From: Acidimicrobiia bacterium
GTDB lineage: Bacteria > Actinomycetota > Acidimicrobiia > Spongiisociales > CAZKJJ01
Direction of reading: 5' to 3'
NCBI GenBank assembly: GCA_046759765.1
Contig: JBHICV010000003.1
Span: forward strand, 1 to 44,962
Length of the DNA: 44,962 nucleotides
The stretch's first letter is position 1. Each line of letters starts with the position of its first letter. A model generated the notes under the pieces. The model did not search any database. It was not told the DNA's origin and saw only the letters and a list, made by a program, of their open reading frames with translations. The position numbers and the translations under genes are program-made. Below are positions 36,432 to 44,962 of this stretch, in pieces.

Positions 36432-36656
36432 GTGGCCAAGCAGGACGACGTCATTCGTGTTCAGGGCGTTGTCAAGGAGACACTTCCCAACGCGATGTTC
36501 AGGGTGGAGATCGAAGGCGGTCTCGAAATTATCGCCAGGCCGTCGGGCAAGATGAGGCGGGGACGGGGTATCCGAATCCTGCGAGGCGACAAGGTTGACG
36601 TCGATGTCTCGGCATACGACCCCAGCCGTGGAAGGATCGTCTGGCGATATCGGTGA
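36432..36656 (+). CDS. infA: Translation initiation factor IF-1
   Basis: [24 protein letters not shown]...SGKMR...IRILRGDKV...[12 protein letters not shown]. Confidence 0.95.
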   Translation: MAKQDDVIRVQGVVKETLPNAMFRVEIEGGLEIIARPSGKMRRGRGIRILRGDKVDVDVSAYDPSRGRIVWRYR

Positions 36657-37567
36657 GTAGCCGACCGAGCACCACCCTCGTGTCGTTCGTGATTCTCTCG
36701 CGACCGCACTTTCTGGCCGGTGCAGCCCTTCTGTATGCGGTCGGCGCCTCCGCGGCGTATGCAGCCGGAGCGACTATCTCCTGGGACGTCTACTGGATGG
36801 GCCAGGCGATGGTCACCTCCATCCAGCTCGTTACCCATTACTCCAATGAGTTCTTCGATGTGCCGTCGGACCGCGTGTCGGAGAACCGGACTTGGCTCTC
36901 GGGTGGCAGCGGCGTGCTCACCGATGGGCGGCTAACCGTCGATGTTGCGCTGCGGGCGGCGTCCGTCAGCGCCGTAGTGGCCGCGGCGCTGGTTGTGTGG
37001 GTCTATCTCTCCGAGCCGATCGCGGGACTCATCGGTACGGTCGCGCTTGGGGCCGGCTGGTTCTATTCGGCGCCTCCTCTCCGTCTGGAAGCGTCGGGAC
37101 TCGGCGAGCTGGTGGCCACGCTGACGGTTGCGGTCCTGGTCCCGGTCACCGCCTCGCTTCTCCAGTTCCAGACGGTGCCCACGCCGCTGTGGTGGGCGGT
37201 GGCTGGCCTGGCCTTTCTCCAATTCGGCATGATGCTTTCCTTCTCGATTCCGGACTGGCTCAGCGATAAGCAGGCCGGCAAACTCGTCCTCGCCGCCAGG
37301 ATCGGCCCGGGCGCCAGCCGCCGGCTGCTCTCTGTAGCACTGGTAGCGGGATTCGTCGTGCTGACGGCGGGCGTCGCAGTCGGGTCCCTTCCGAAGTTGC
37401 TTCTTCCGCTGCTTGTCCCGGCGGCCTTGGCGGCCGTCGGTCAAGCCTTAGCGGCAGTTCGTGGACGCAGCGTCGTGATGGTAACGGCCGCCGCTGCCAC
37501 CCTCCTGCTCGCGGCCGTGGCCACCCTGGTGGCGTTCATCGTCCTAGGCAGGAACCTCGCGGTCTAG
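36653..37567 (+). CDS. UbiA-superfamily prenyltransferase (MenA-like)
   Basis: [33 protein letters not shown] and [11 protein letters not shown]. Confidence 0.88.
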   Translation: MSSRPSTTLVSFVILSRPHFLAGAALLYAVGASAAYAAGATISWDVYWMGQAMVTSIQLVTHYSNEFFDVPSDRVSENRTWLSGGSGVLTDGRLTVDVALRAASVSAVVAAALVVWVYLSEPIAGLIGTVALGAGWFYSAPPLRLEASGLGELVATLTVAVLVPVTASLLQFQTVPTPLWWAVAGLAFLQFGMMLSFSIPDWLSDKQAGKLVLAARIGPGASRRLLSVALVAGFVVLTAGVAVGSLPKLLLPLLVPAALAAVGQALAAVRGRSVVMVTAAAATLLLAAVATLVAFIVLGRNLAV

Positions 37568-37568
37568 G

Positions 37569-39248
37569 GTGGCGCCGCTCATGAACGCATTTGAGCTCTC
37601 AGATCGGTTGGTCACTGACATCGCCCGCGCCCAGCCTGCGCTTGCTACCAGCCACGGCATCGACAGTTACGACGACCGCTGGGGGGACCTAAGTCCGGAA
37701 GGCCATGCGGAAGTCGAAGCGATCCTCCGGGATTATCAAGAACGGTTCGAAGCGCTACCGGGGACGGGAGATCCTTGGTCGGATCACCCGGTCGCCGTAG
37801 CGCGGGCGTATCTCGAGACGCGACTCGATTTCTACGTGGAGCAGGAGCACCTGAGGGATCTGAATAGCGTGGCGTCGCCAGTCCAGACTTTTCGTCGGGT
37901 CTTCGACATCATGGATACCGACTCCGAGAACGGATGGGTCGCAATTGCTTCCCGGCTCGAAGGACTACCTGCCGCGATCGAGGACTATGTCAACACTCTC
38001 GAGAAAGGCAGGCAGGAGGGAGTGACAGCCGCCCGCCGGCAGGTCTTGGCCGCCCGCGAGGAGGCCAACGTAAACGCGGGCCCTGAGTCCTTCCTGCTCA
38101 ATCTCCCCGGAGCGCTGGACGAGGCGGGCATGTCGAACGGGATCGCCCCACGTGTCCATAGCTCCATCCCGGCCGCGCAGGCCGCCTTCGGCCGGCTCGC
38201 CGACTACCTCCACGAGACATACCTGCCCTCGGCACCGGATGCGGACGCCGTTGGTCGAGATCGCTACGAGAAGTCGGCTTACCGATTCTGCGGAACTCAT
38301 CTCGATCTCTCCGAGACCTACGAGTGGGGATGGGAGCAGGTCCACGGCTTGCGGCAGAAGGCGAGCGACGTGGCGCGGGAGATCGACTCTCGTGTGTCCC
38401 TAGCGGAGGTCATGGAGCTGCTCAAGACCGATCCCGCTCGAGCGGCGTCGAGCCCCGCGGAGTTCGTGGAGATAATGCAAAAGCGCCAAGACCAGGCGCT
38501 GGAAGACCTCTCCGGCACCCATTTCGACATACCCGACGCGATCAGACAGGTGACCGTCAGCATCGCCCCGAAAGGCGGTTCGCTGGGGGCCTACTACTCG
38601 CCGCCCACCGAGGATTTCGCCCGTCCGGGATCGATTTGGTACTCGGTGGGTGATCAGCGGATCTTTCCTCTCTACGACGAGGTCTCGACTGCCTATCACG
38701 AGGGGTTCCCCGGGCACCATCTTCAGGTCGGATACATCATGGCTCTCGGCGACCGGCTCAGCCGGCTGAGCCGAACGTTTGCCTGGTGGTCAGGATCGGG
38801 TGAAGGATGGGCGCTATATGCCGAGTGGCTGATGGGCGAGCTCGGCTACTTCGAGGAACCGGACTACACCCTCGGGATGCTGCTTAACCACCTGTTTCGG
38901 GCCTGCCGGGTTGTGATCGACATCGGGTCTCATGTCGGCTTCTCAATCCCCGAGCACAGCCCCGTCCGACCGGGTGAGCCCTGGTCCTTCGATGCCGCAG
39001 TGGAGCTCCTGGAAGAAGTGGCCTTCATTCAGGCGGCCAATGCCCGCTCGGAGGTAACCCGTTACCTCGGCTGGCCCGGACAGGCCATCGCTTACGAAGT
39101 CGGCGAGCAGGCGATCCTCGAGCTGCGCGACGCGAAACGACGCCGCGACGCAGACAAGTTCTCGTTGAAGGACTTCCACACCCAGGTGCTGAGCGCCGGA
39201 AGCGTGGGGCTCGATCTGCTCAGGGCCTTCGTTCTGTCTGAGGACTAG
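37569..39248 (+). CDS. DUF885 family protein (putative metallopeptidase)
   Basis: YHEGFPGHHLQ, EGWALYAE, RACRVVID and EVTRYLGWPGQA; ATG 37581 is an alternative start. Confidence 0.9.
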   Translation: MAPLMNAFELSDRLVTDIARAQPALATSHGIDSYDDRWGDLSPEGHAEVEAILRDYQERFEALPGTGDPWSDHPVAVARAYLETRLDFYVEQEHLRDLNSVASPVQTFRRVFDIMDTDSENGWVAIASRLEGLPAAIEDYVNTLEKGRQEGVTAARRQVLAAREEANVNAGPESFLLNLPGALDEAGMSNGIAPRVHSSIPAAQAAFGRLADYLHETYLPSAPDADAVGRDRYEKSAYRFCGTHLDLSETYEWGWEQVHGLRQKASDVAREIDSRVSLAEVMELLKTDPARAASSPAEFVEIMQKRQDQALEDLSGTHFDIPDAIRQVTVSIAPKGGSLGAYYSPPTEDFARPGSIWYSVGDQRIFPLYDEVSTAYHEGFPGHHLQVGYIMALGDRLSRLSRTFAWWSGSGEGWALYAEWLMGELGYFEEPDYTLGMLLNHLFRACRVVIDIGSHVGFSIPEHSPVRPGEPWSFDAAVELLEEVAFIQAANARSEVTRYLGWPGQAIAYEVGEQAILELRDAKRRRDADKFSLKDFHTQVLSAGSVGLDLLRAFVLSED

Positions 39249-40186
39249 CCGCACGCCTCCGAGAGGATTGGGTAAGGGTTCGTTGGCATGTTGTATTCGG
39301 GATGGACTTCGAAATGAAGGTGCGGGGAGGAGCCTCGTGCGTTGCCTGAGGCACCGACTCTGCCCATCATGTCGCCGGCCGAAACCCGACCCTGCTTCCC
39401 AAACTCAGATAGATGGGTACCGATGTACAGCACGCCGTCGTCGCCCTCGAGCCAGAACTGAAGTCCTCCGCGGGACCCGTCGACCTGCTCTACGACCCCG
39501 CTGACGGGCGCTAACACGGGCGTCCCCAGCGCCGCGTACAGATCGTTGCCTTCGTGAAAGCGGCCACCGTTGCGTGGGAAGCCCCAGTCGTTGATGAAGG
39601 TGGCTCCAGGCACGGGGCATACCCAGCCTGAGCCGGGTATTTGCAGCACCTGGCCGATGTAGATGAGGTTGGGGTTGCTGAGCCCGTTGGCGTCCACCAG
39701 AGCTTGCACGGTGGTCCCGTGCTGCCTGGCGATCTTGCCCAGCCAGTCGCCCCGCTTGACCGTGTGCGTGGTGCTCCCCTCGGACACCTCAGGTTCGAAA
39801 GCGGGCGGTGGCTCGCCTTCTATGAGCAGGCGGTTGCCCGGGTAGATCAGGTTGGGGTTCGGGAACCCGTTGATTTCAGCGATCTGCTCGGCAGTCGCGT
39901 TGTAGAGCTTGGCGATCTTGATGAGCGTCTCACCGGGCTGAACTACGTGGTAGATCGGTTCGGGCTTGGGGTCGGGGATGATCAGAGTCTGACCGATGTA
40001 GATCAGGTTTGGGTTGGAAAGGTCGTTGGCGTCCACCAGGTCCTCAACCGTGACCCCGTGCTCGGCGGCGATCTCCGACAGCGTGTCCCCCTTGGAGACC
40101 GTGTAATCGACGGACGCCGCCAGCATCACCAGCCCGGCCGCCCCCAAGGCGGCCGCGGCGCGAACCCTGCGCGACAAACGACCCAC
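39245..40186 (-). CDS. Peptidoglycan endopeptidase with three LysM domains and an M23 domain
   Basis: Three YTVxxGDTL..IA...NPNLIY.GQ-type repeats; HEGND and PHLHFE. Confidence 0.94.
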   Translation of the reverse strand: MGRLSRRVRAAAALGAAGLVMLAASVDYTVSKGDTLSEIAAEHGVTVEDLVDANDLSNPNLIYIGQTLIIPDPKPEPIYHVVQPGETLIKIAKLYNATAEQIAEINGFPNPNLIYPGNRLLIEGEPPPAFEPEVSEGSTTHTVKRGDWLGKIARQHGTTVQALVDANGLSNPNLIYIGQVLQIPGSGWVCPVPGATFINDWGFPRNGGRFHEGNDLYAALGTPVLAPVSGVVEQVDGSRGGLQFWLEGDDGVLYIGTHLSEFGKQGRVSAGDMMGRVGASGNARGSSPHLHFEVHPEYNMPTNPYPILSEACG

Positions 40187-40227
40187 AACGCGGGAATCGG
40201 CACGCAGGACCGCGGCCTTGAGACAAC

Positions 40228-40336
40228 GTTCTTGTGACGCTCATCCACCTATACGGTGGATTCCCGTCACAGAAACCGGGGTGCCCCGTTTTGGTGACGC
40301 CTATCCACCTATACGGTGGATTGCCGTCACAGAAAT
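40228..40336. repeat. Tandem pair of 49-bp hairpin elements (60-bp period)
   Basis: 40228-40276 and 40288-40336, each GTTYTKGTGACG-NNN-ATCCACC-TATAC-GGTGGAT-NNN-CGTCACAGAAA. Confidence 0.85.
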
Positions 40337-40347
40337 CGACGGGAACC

Positions 40348-40671
40348 TCAGCGGAGGCCCGCCGCCTGCTCCACCCAGTCCTGGGCTCGGGCCTCCGAGA
40401 CGCCGGCGACCTCGGAGACATGAGCGGGGCTGGAGGCGGCCAGGTCTGAGAAGCGGCGAATGCCGGCGGCGGAGAGTCGCTCGGCGTACGTGGGCCCGAT
40501 TCCGTGAATGGCGGTGAGATCGTCGGGTGGGCGAGGCGCGGGAGTGCGGAAAGTGGGCGGTTCGGGCTCTCTGGCCACCGTGAGTGACACGATCCGGTCG
40601 CGCATCAGCCAGACGGCAGCTCCCAAGCCGGCCAGGACCCCGAGTGCTTTGATCAATCTCCTCACACGCAT
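40348..40671 (-). CDS. Small membrane-anchored helix-hairpin-helix protein
   Basis: N-terminal TM; DDLTAIHGIGPTYAERLSAAGI...WVEQA; GTG 40665 is an alternative start. Confidence 0.8.
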   Translation of the reverse strand: MRVRRLIKALGVLAGLGAAVWLMRDRIVSLTVAREPEPPTFRTPAPRPPDDLTAIHGIGPTYAERLSAAGIRRFSDLAASSPAHVSEVAGVSEARAQDWVEQAAGLR

Positions 40672-41375
40672 GCCCCCCAGTGGTGCCACCCGCTCGAGTA
40701 GACGAGGTGGGCAGCAACGGCGATGTTGGCTTCCGGATCGTACACATCTGCTCCCGCCCACCCAGCCGCTTCCGCCCGAGCATCCCAGTATTTGAAGAGG
40801 TGCTGGAAGAGGCCGCCGGCCCCGGTGCGTTCGTTGGTTGCCGCGGCTTCGCCTCCGCTCTCGCAGTCGATGACCTTTAGGGCGAGGTTGACGTCCTCCG
40901 GGTTGAAGTACTGACCGACAAGACCACGCCATTGTTCGACGGATGCTCGGAACGACGAGGGAACGGTCGTAGTAGTCGACGTGGTATCGGGAGGTGGAGC
41001 GGGCTGGGTGGTAGGCGACGGCTGGGGCTGGGTGGTGGCGGTGGTCGTCTGGGGCTGGGGCTTGGTGGTGGTGGTCGTCGTCGTAGTGGTTGATGTAGGT
41101 GTAGTGGTCGTCGTTGGAACCGGTTCACCGAAGTCCAGCTCATACGATTCGTACGTGTCCGAGGACGAGGTAGCGCCGGTCTCGAGGCCGGTAACAAGCG
41201 CCATGGCCGCCACGCGACCGGATAGCGATCCCCATTCGGAGCCCACCTGAACGGTGGTAGTAGTGACCTGCCCGGATTCCTCGCTCGAACCGTCCGGTGA
41301 AAAGGCCGCGAAACCTGCGATGGCCAATGACGCCAAGACGACCCATGCTGAAAAGGCCGTCACGCGAAGGAGCAT
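40662..41375 (-). CDS. Secreted lytic transglycosylase (SLT/Rpf-like) with Thr-rich linker
   Basis: VIDCESGG (catalytic Glu), GAGGLFQ, DPEANI and GWHHW. Confidence 0.85.
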   Translation of the reverse strand: MLLRVTAFSAWVVLASLAIAGFAAFSPDGSSEESGQVTTTTVQVGSEWGSLSGRVAAMALVTGLETGATSSSDTYESYELDFGEPVPTTTTTPTSTTTTTTTTTKPQPQTTTATTQPQPSPTTQPAPPPDTTSTTTTVPSSFRASVEQWRGLVGQYFNPEDVNLALKVIDCESGGEAAATNERTGAGGLFQHLFKYWDARAEAAGWAGADVYDPEANIAVAAHLVYSSGWHHWGACV

Positions 41376-41529
41376 GCAAGACCGCCCTAATCTCCTAATA
41401 CGCCAGCGCGGCCCAGAAAGTGGGCCTCAGCGAAAGGCTAGGAGGTTCCGCGGGAGTACTTCAAGCCCTTTTCCTCCAGGATCTGGAAGAAAAGAGCCGA
41501 TCTGGCGGGTCCGGTACCATCGATCGCCA

Positions 41530-42549
41530 ATGAAGGCCGATTACTTCCTGCCTCCAATGAGCCTCACGAAAGTGGCCTCCGAGACCCGCAGAATCGAGCA
41601 GTTGGGCTTCGACGGTCTGTTCACCGCCGACACCACCCATGACCCCTTCCTGCCGCTCGTCACGGCGGCGGCGTCCTCGGAGAGGATCGATCTGGGTACC
41701 GGAATCGCAGTTGCTTTCGCCCGCTCTCCCATGACCGTCGCCCAGACGACATGGGACCTCGCCGACGCCAGTGGGGGACGTTTCATTCTCGGGCTTGGTC
41801 CCCAAATCCGTGCACATATCACGAGGCGTTTCAGCATGCCATGGGTCGCTCCGGCCGCTCGGATGCGGGAGTATCTGGAAGCCATCCGGGCGATCTGGGA
41901 TACGTGGCAGAACGGGGTCCCGCTTCGTTTCAAGGGCGAGCACTACAGCTTCACGTTGATGACGCCGTTCTTCAATCCCGGACCGATCAAACATCCGGAC
42001 GTGCCGATCTACATCTCGGCCGTGAACCCGTTGATGAGCCGACTCGCCGGCGAGCTATGCCAGGGGATCCACGTTCATCCCTTCCATACCCCCCGCTATC
42101 TCACGGAGGTGATCGCGCCCGAAGTGGCACGTGGAGCCGCGGAAGCCGATCGTGAGCCAGAGGAGATAGCGCTGGCCGCGGCCGTTTTCGTCGTCTCAGG
42201 CAAAACCTCGGCGGATCGTGAAGCGAGCGAGTGGTTTGTGCGCCAGCAGATCGCTTTCTACGCCTCGACGCCTGCTTACCGTCGAGTCCTCGACCTCCAC
42301 GGCTGGGACTTCGGAGAGAAGCTCACGGCCATGTCCAAGAGAGGCGAGTGGGCTCAGATGGCCGGCGTCATCTCGGATGACGTGCTCCACGAGGTCGCGG
42401 TGGTGGTACCCCTCGGCGAAGTGGGGGCGGCCATCGCGGAGCGCTACGAGGGGGTCTTGTCGCGAGTGGCCATATACGAGAACCCCGGGCTCGCTTCGCT
42501 CAGTGACGAGGACTGGTCCGAGCTGGCCGTCGGAATCAAGGCCGGATGA
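41530..42549 (+). CDS. F420-dependent LLM-class oxidoreductase
   Basis: HDPFLPL, GTGIAVAFARSPM, GRFILGLG, TLMTPFFNPGP, HPFH and QIAFYASTPAY. Confidence 0.92.
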   Translation: MKADYFLPPMSLTKVASETRRIEQLGFDGLFTADTTHDPFLPLVTAAASSERIDLGTGIAVAFARSPMTVAQTTWDLADASGGRFILGLGPQIRAHITRRFSMPWVAPAARMREYLEAIRAIWDTWQNGVPLRFKGEHYSFTLMTPFFNPGPIKHPDVPIYISAVNPLMSRLAGELCQGIHVHPFHTPRYLTEVIAPEVARGAAEADREPEEIALAAAVFVVSGKTSADREASEWFVRQQIAFYASTPAYRRVLDLHGWDFGEKLTAMSKRGEWAQMAGVISDDVLHEVAVVVPLGEVGAAIAERYEGVLSRVAIYENPGLASLSDEDWSELAVGIKAG

Positions 42550-43658
42550 AAGTCGTCGTCGGTACCGTTGCGATCATCTTGGCGGCGTGCTCGTCCTCGC
42601 TCTCGGTCGAGCCGGGCCTCCCGTCGGAGACCATCCCACCGCCGGTGCTCTGGTACGAGTCGGCGGTAGCTTCTCCGCCCGACGGTGCTGTCGTCGTGGA
42701 CCCTGACCTTGAGATAGAAAGCTCACCGTTCCTGGAGCTCGGGTTCGGCGGCGATACGTCGTTCACCCACGGCTTGGCTGCCCGAGACCCGTTGCGCGAG
42801 GTACTTCCCCTTCTTCGCGTACCGGACTTGACCTTGGTCAACCTCGAGACTGCTGTCGCTGAGCCTTCGTTCGGAAGCGCCCGCGACAAGGAGTTCACCT
42901 TTCGATCACCACCTCAGAGCGTGGATGTACTCCGAGAGGGCGGCATTGACGGGGTAGCGCTGGCTAACAACCACGCGCTCGACTTTGGGCGGGAAGCGCT
43001 GGGTCGCACCCTCGAGCTCCTCGATGCGGGCGGAGTCGGAAGGGCCGGAGCCGGTGGGAACGCGGCGGAGGCCTACGCGCCGATGGTGTTCGTGCGGGAG
43101 GGAACCCGGGTGGCCGTGCTGAGTTTTTCGAGAATCCTGCCTGGCACGTGGGCGGCTCTGTCCGACCGGGCCGGTGTGGCCAGCGGCCACGCGATCGACA
43201 AGACGGTCAAGGCAATTGAGGATTCATCCCAAGTGGCGGATGTCGTGGTGGTAATGGTCCATTGGGGTCTCGAGCTGGCCGCGTGTCCGCTGCGATATCA
43301 GCGTGAGCTCGGCCAGACGTGGATCGAAGCCGGAGCCGACCTGGTGGTCGGCAGCCACCCTCATGTTCTTCAGGGAGTCGAGAGGGTGGGGGAGTCTTGG
43401 ATCGTCCACTCCACCGGCAACTTCGCCTTTCCTTCCGCGAACCGCGAGAGTGCAGACACCGCTCTTTTCCGCTTCACGTTCCACGATGACACGGTGAGCC
43501 TCACCGTCGATCCGCTCCGCATAGTCAGTGGACGGCCGCAGCCGGCCACCGAGGTGGCTGCCGCTCGGATACTCGATCAGCTGTCCAGGCGGTCATTCGG
43601 GTTCGAGTTCACGGCCGACGGCTCCGCGGTGACGAATCCGAACGCAGGACGGTGCTGA
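42546..43658 (+). CDS. CapA-family metallophosphoesterase lipoprotein
   Basis: Lipobox LAAC; GD, VNLET, LANNHALDFG, HWGLE and GSHPHVLQ. Confidence 0.9.
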   Translation: MKVVVGTVAIILAACSSSLSVEPGLPSETIPPPVLWYESAVASPPDGAVVVDPDLEIESSPFLELGFGGDTSFTHGLAARDPLREVLPLLRVPDLTLVNLETAVAEPSFGSARDKEFTFRSPPQSVDVLREGGIDGVALANNHALDFGREALGRTLELLDAGGVGRAGAGGNAAEAYAPMVFVREGTRVAVLSFSRILPGTWAALSDRAGVASGHAIDKTVKAIEDSSQVADVVVVMVHWGLELAACPLRYQRELGQTWIEAGADLVVGSHPHVLQGVERVGESWIVHSTGNFAFPSANRESADTALFRFTFHDDTVSLTVDPLRIVSGRPQPATEVAAARILDQLSRRSFGFEFTADGSAVTNPNAGRC

Positions 43659-43663
43659 GGCCT

Positions 43664-44317
43664 TCAAGCTCCGAGGAAGGGAAGCGGCTCTTCGGGCATT
43701 CGGTTTTCAAGGTGTCCGACATCGTTGACGGCCACCACTCGAGGGCCTGGAAACCGGATAATGCTTATCGATCCGTTAGCCAGCGGTCCGAAGGGACCCC
43801 GGAAGAAGTTGGGCTCCTTACCCAGGCCGGCTGCCCAGGTGATCAGTGACAGGCTGACTCCTGCGTGCGCTCCGACGGCGATAACACCACCCTCTTCGGT
43901 AGCAGCTAGCTCATCGAACGCGGCGCGGGCTCTTCTGGCAACGTCTACCCATTGCTCTCCCCCCGGCCGGGGCACGTCCTCCCCGTTCCGGTAGCGCTCC
44001 CAAAGGTCTGGCCATCCTGCCGCGATCTCGGTGGGGAGGAGTCCGGTCCACTCGCCGTTGGCAATCTCCCGAAACCTTGGCTCGAGCTCAACTTCCAGAC
44101 TGAGGCGCTCCGCGAGCGGAACCATCGTGTCGCGGGCGCGGCGCAGGTCGCTCGATACGATCCGCGAGATCGGGTATCCGCCCAGCCGGGACGCAACCAA
44201 CTCGGCCTGTTGATGGCCGAGCTCGGACAGCGGGGTGTCGCTCTGGCCGATGAAGCGGTGCTCGCGGTTGCCTTCAGCTTCCCCGTGGCGCACCAAGAAG
44301 AAGGTCGTGGACGCCAT
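43664..44317 (-). CDS. Histidine phosphatase family protein
   Basis: LVRHGE, SSDLRRARDT, REIANGEW and AHAG. Confidence 0.92.
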   Translation of the reverse strand: MASTTFFLVRHGEAEGNREHRFIGQSDTPLSELGHQQAELVASRLGGYPISRIVSSDLRRARDTMVPLAERLSLEVELEPRFREIANGEWTGLLPTEIAAGWPDLWERYRNGEDVPRPGGEQWVDVARRARAAFDELAATEEGGVIAVGAHAGVSLSLITWAAGLGKEPNFFRGPFGPLANGSISIIRFPGPRVVAVNDVGHLENRMPEEPLPFLGA

Positions 44318-44962
44318 CAGTTGAGGACCGCCAAAGCGGTATCGACTCTCGGATCGGCGGCGGCCGTCCGGAGGCCGTTGTCTGAGAGCGAAATCATCGA
44401 GACGGGACCCCATCTTGACTGATGGGCCTCTTCCACGCTCACGGAATGGCCCCTGGTCCGGAGTCCGTCGATGACCGCACCGGGCATCGTTGCCTCTAAG
44501 TGAAGGTCGTCGTCTGTATCAATGATCCAGCGTGGTGCGGCTTGAGCGCCGGCCGGCTCCTCGCCGAGCCGGAAGAGCTGGGCGATCACTTGGATGAGGA
44601 GCTGAGGCTGGTGGTAGCCGCCCCGCGTTCCGAGCAGCAGGCGTAGCTCACCGTTGTGCGTCCAGAGAGTCGGCGAGAGAGTGTGGAGGGGTCTGCGACC
44701 CGGCTTCAGCTCGTTGGGATGGCCCTCACGCAGGTTGAAGCCCGCGCCCCGGTTGTGCAGTAGAAATCCAGCATCGCCGGCACCGATTTCGCTTCCCAGC
44801 CCCGTGAAGTTGGACTGGATGAGGGAAACCCCCAGGCCGGCCGAGTCGACGACGCAGAGGTAAGCGGTCCCGCCCGGGGCGTCGGAGCGTTGGGGCCATT
44901 CGGCTTTCGAGTCCCGGTGGATTCTCTTTTGCCGGTCGGACAGTCGTTCCCGATCCAACAGG
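44317..44962 (-). CDS. ggt: Gamma-glutamyltransferase family, C-terminal part; start lies beyond the right edge
   Basis: GGTAYLCVVD (Thr nucleophile), SLIQSN, LHNRG, RPLHTLSP, GTRGG and AADPR. Confidence 0.88.
   Translation of the reverse strand, partial: LLDRERLSDRQKRIHRDSKAEWPQRSDAPGGTAYLCVVDSAGLGVSLIQSNFTGLGSEIGAGDAGFLLHNRGAGFNLREGHPNELKPGRRPLHTLSPTLWTHNGELRLLLGTRGGYHQPQLLIQVIAQLFRLGEEPAGAQAAPRWIIDTDDDLHLEATMPGAVIDGLRTRGHSVSVEEAHQSRWGPVSMISLSDNGLRTAAADPRVDTALAVLN

Noticed and set aside
40228-40336. Mini CRISPR array
   Set aside because: Only two 49-bp units with an 11-bp spacer; no leader or cas genes
41392-41494. c-di-AMP (ydaO) or c-di-GMP-I riboswitch
   Set aside because: Conserved consensus segments not found on either strand; kept only as an unassigned structure

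Overview
High-GC window with an actinobacterial gene repertoire: F420-dependent LLM oxidoreductase, CYP125/142-like P450, septum-formation lipoprotein, MpaB-family protein and several apparently leaderless genes. An Acidimicrobiia-like host is inferred, not proven. The standout is 3.3-11.2 kb: a complete Tat-exported type II DMSO-reductase-family operon. Its alpha and beta subunits look like the anammox/Nitrospira-type periplasmic nitrite oxidoreductase (NXR) rather than cytoplasmic NarG. It has a heme-b gamma subunit with an extra C-terminal membrane anchor, an unknown polytopic membrane protein as first gene, and a divergent Fe-S Rrf2 regulator. The shared promoter carries four copies of a CTAAACGTTTAG-type palindrome. 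Downstream are a vapBC pair whose PIN toxin lacks a catalytic Asp, and an spt / ceramide-synthase-like GNAT / divergent cdsA operon suggesting sphingolipid synthesis with an unusual head-group step. The rest is mostly ordinary metabolism and cell-envelope genes. It also holds a dispersed family of 49-bp hairpin elements with fixed geometry (five copies), a split FabG4-like reductase and two possible ATC start codons. No rRNA, tRNA, CRISPR array or transposase was recognised. All family calls come from motif recognition; no searches were run.
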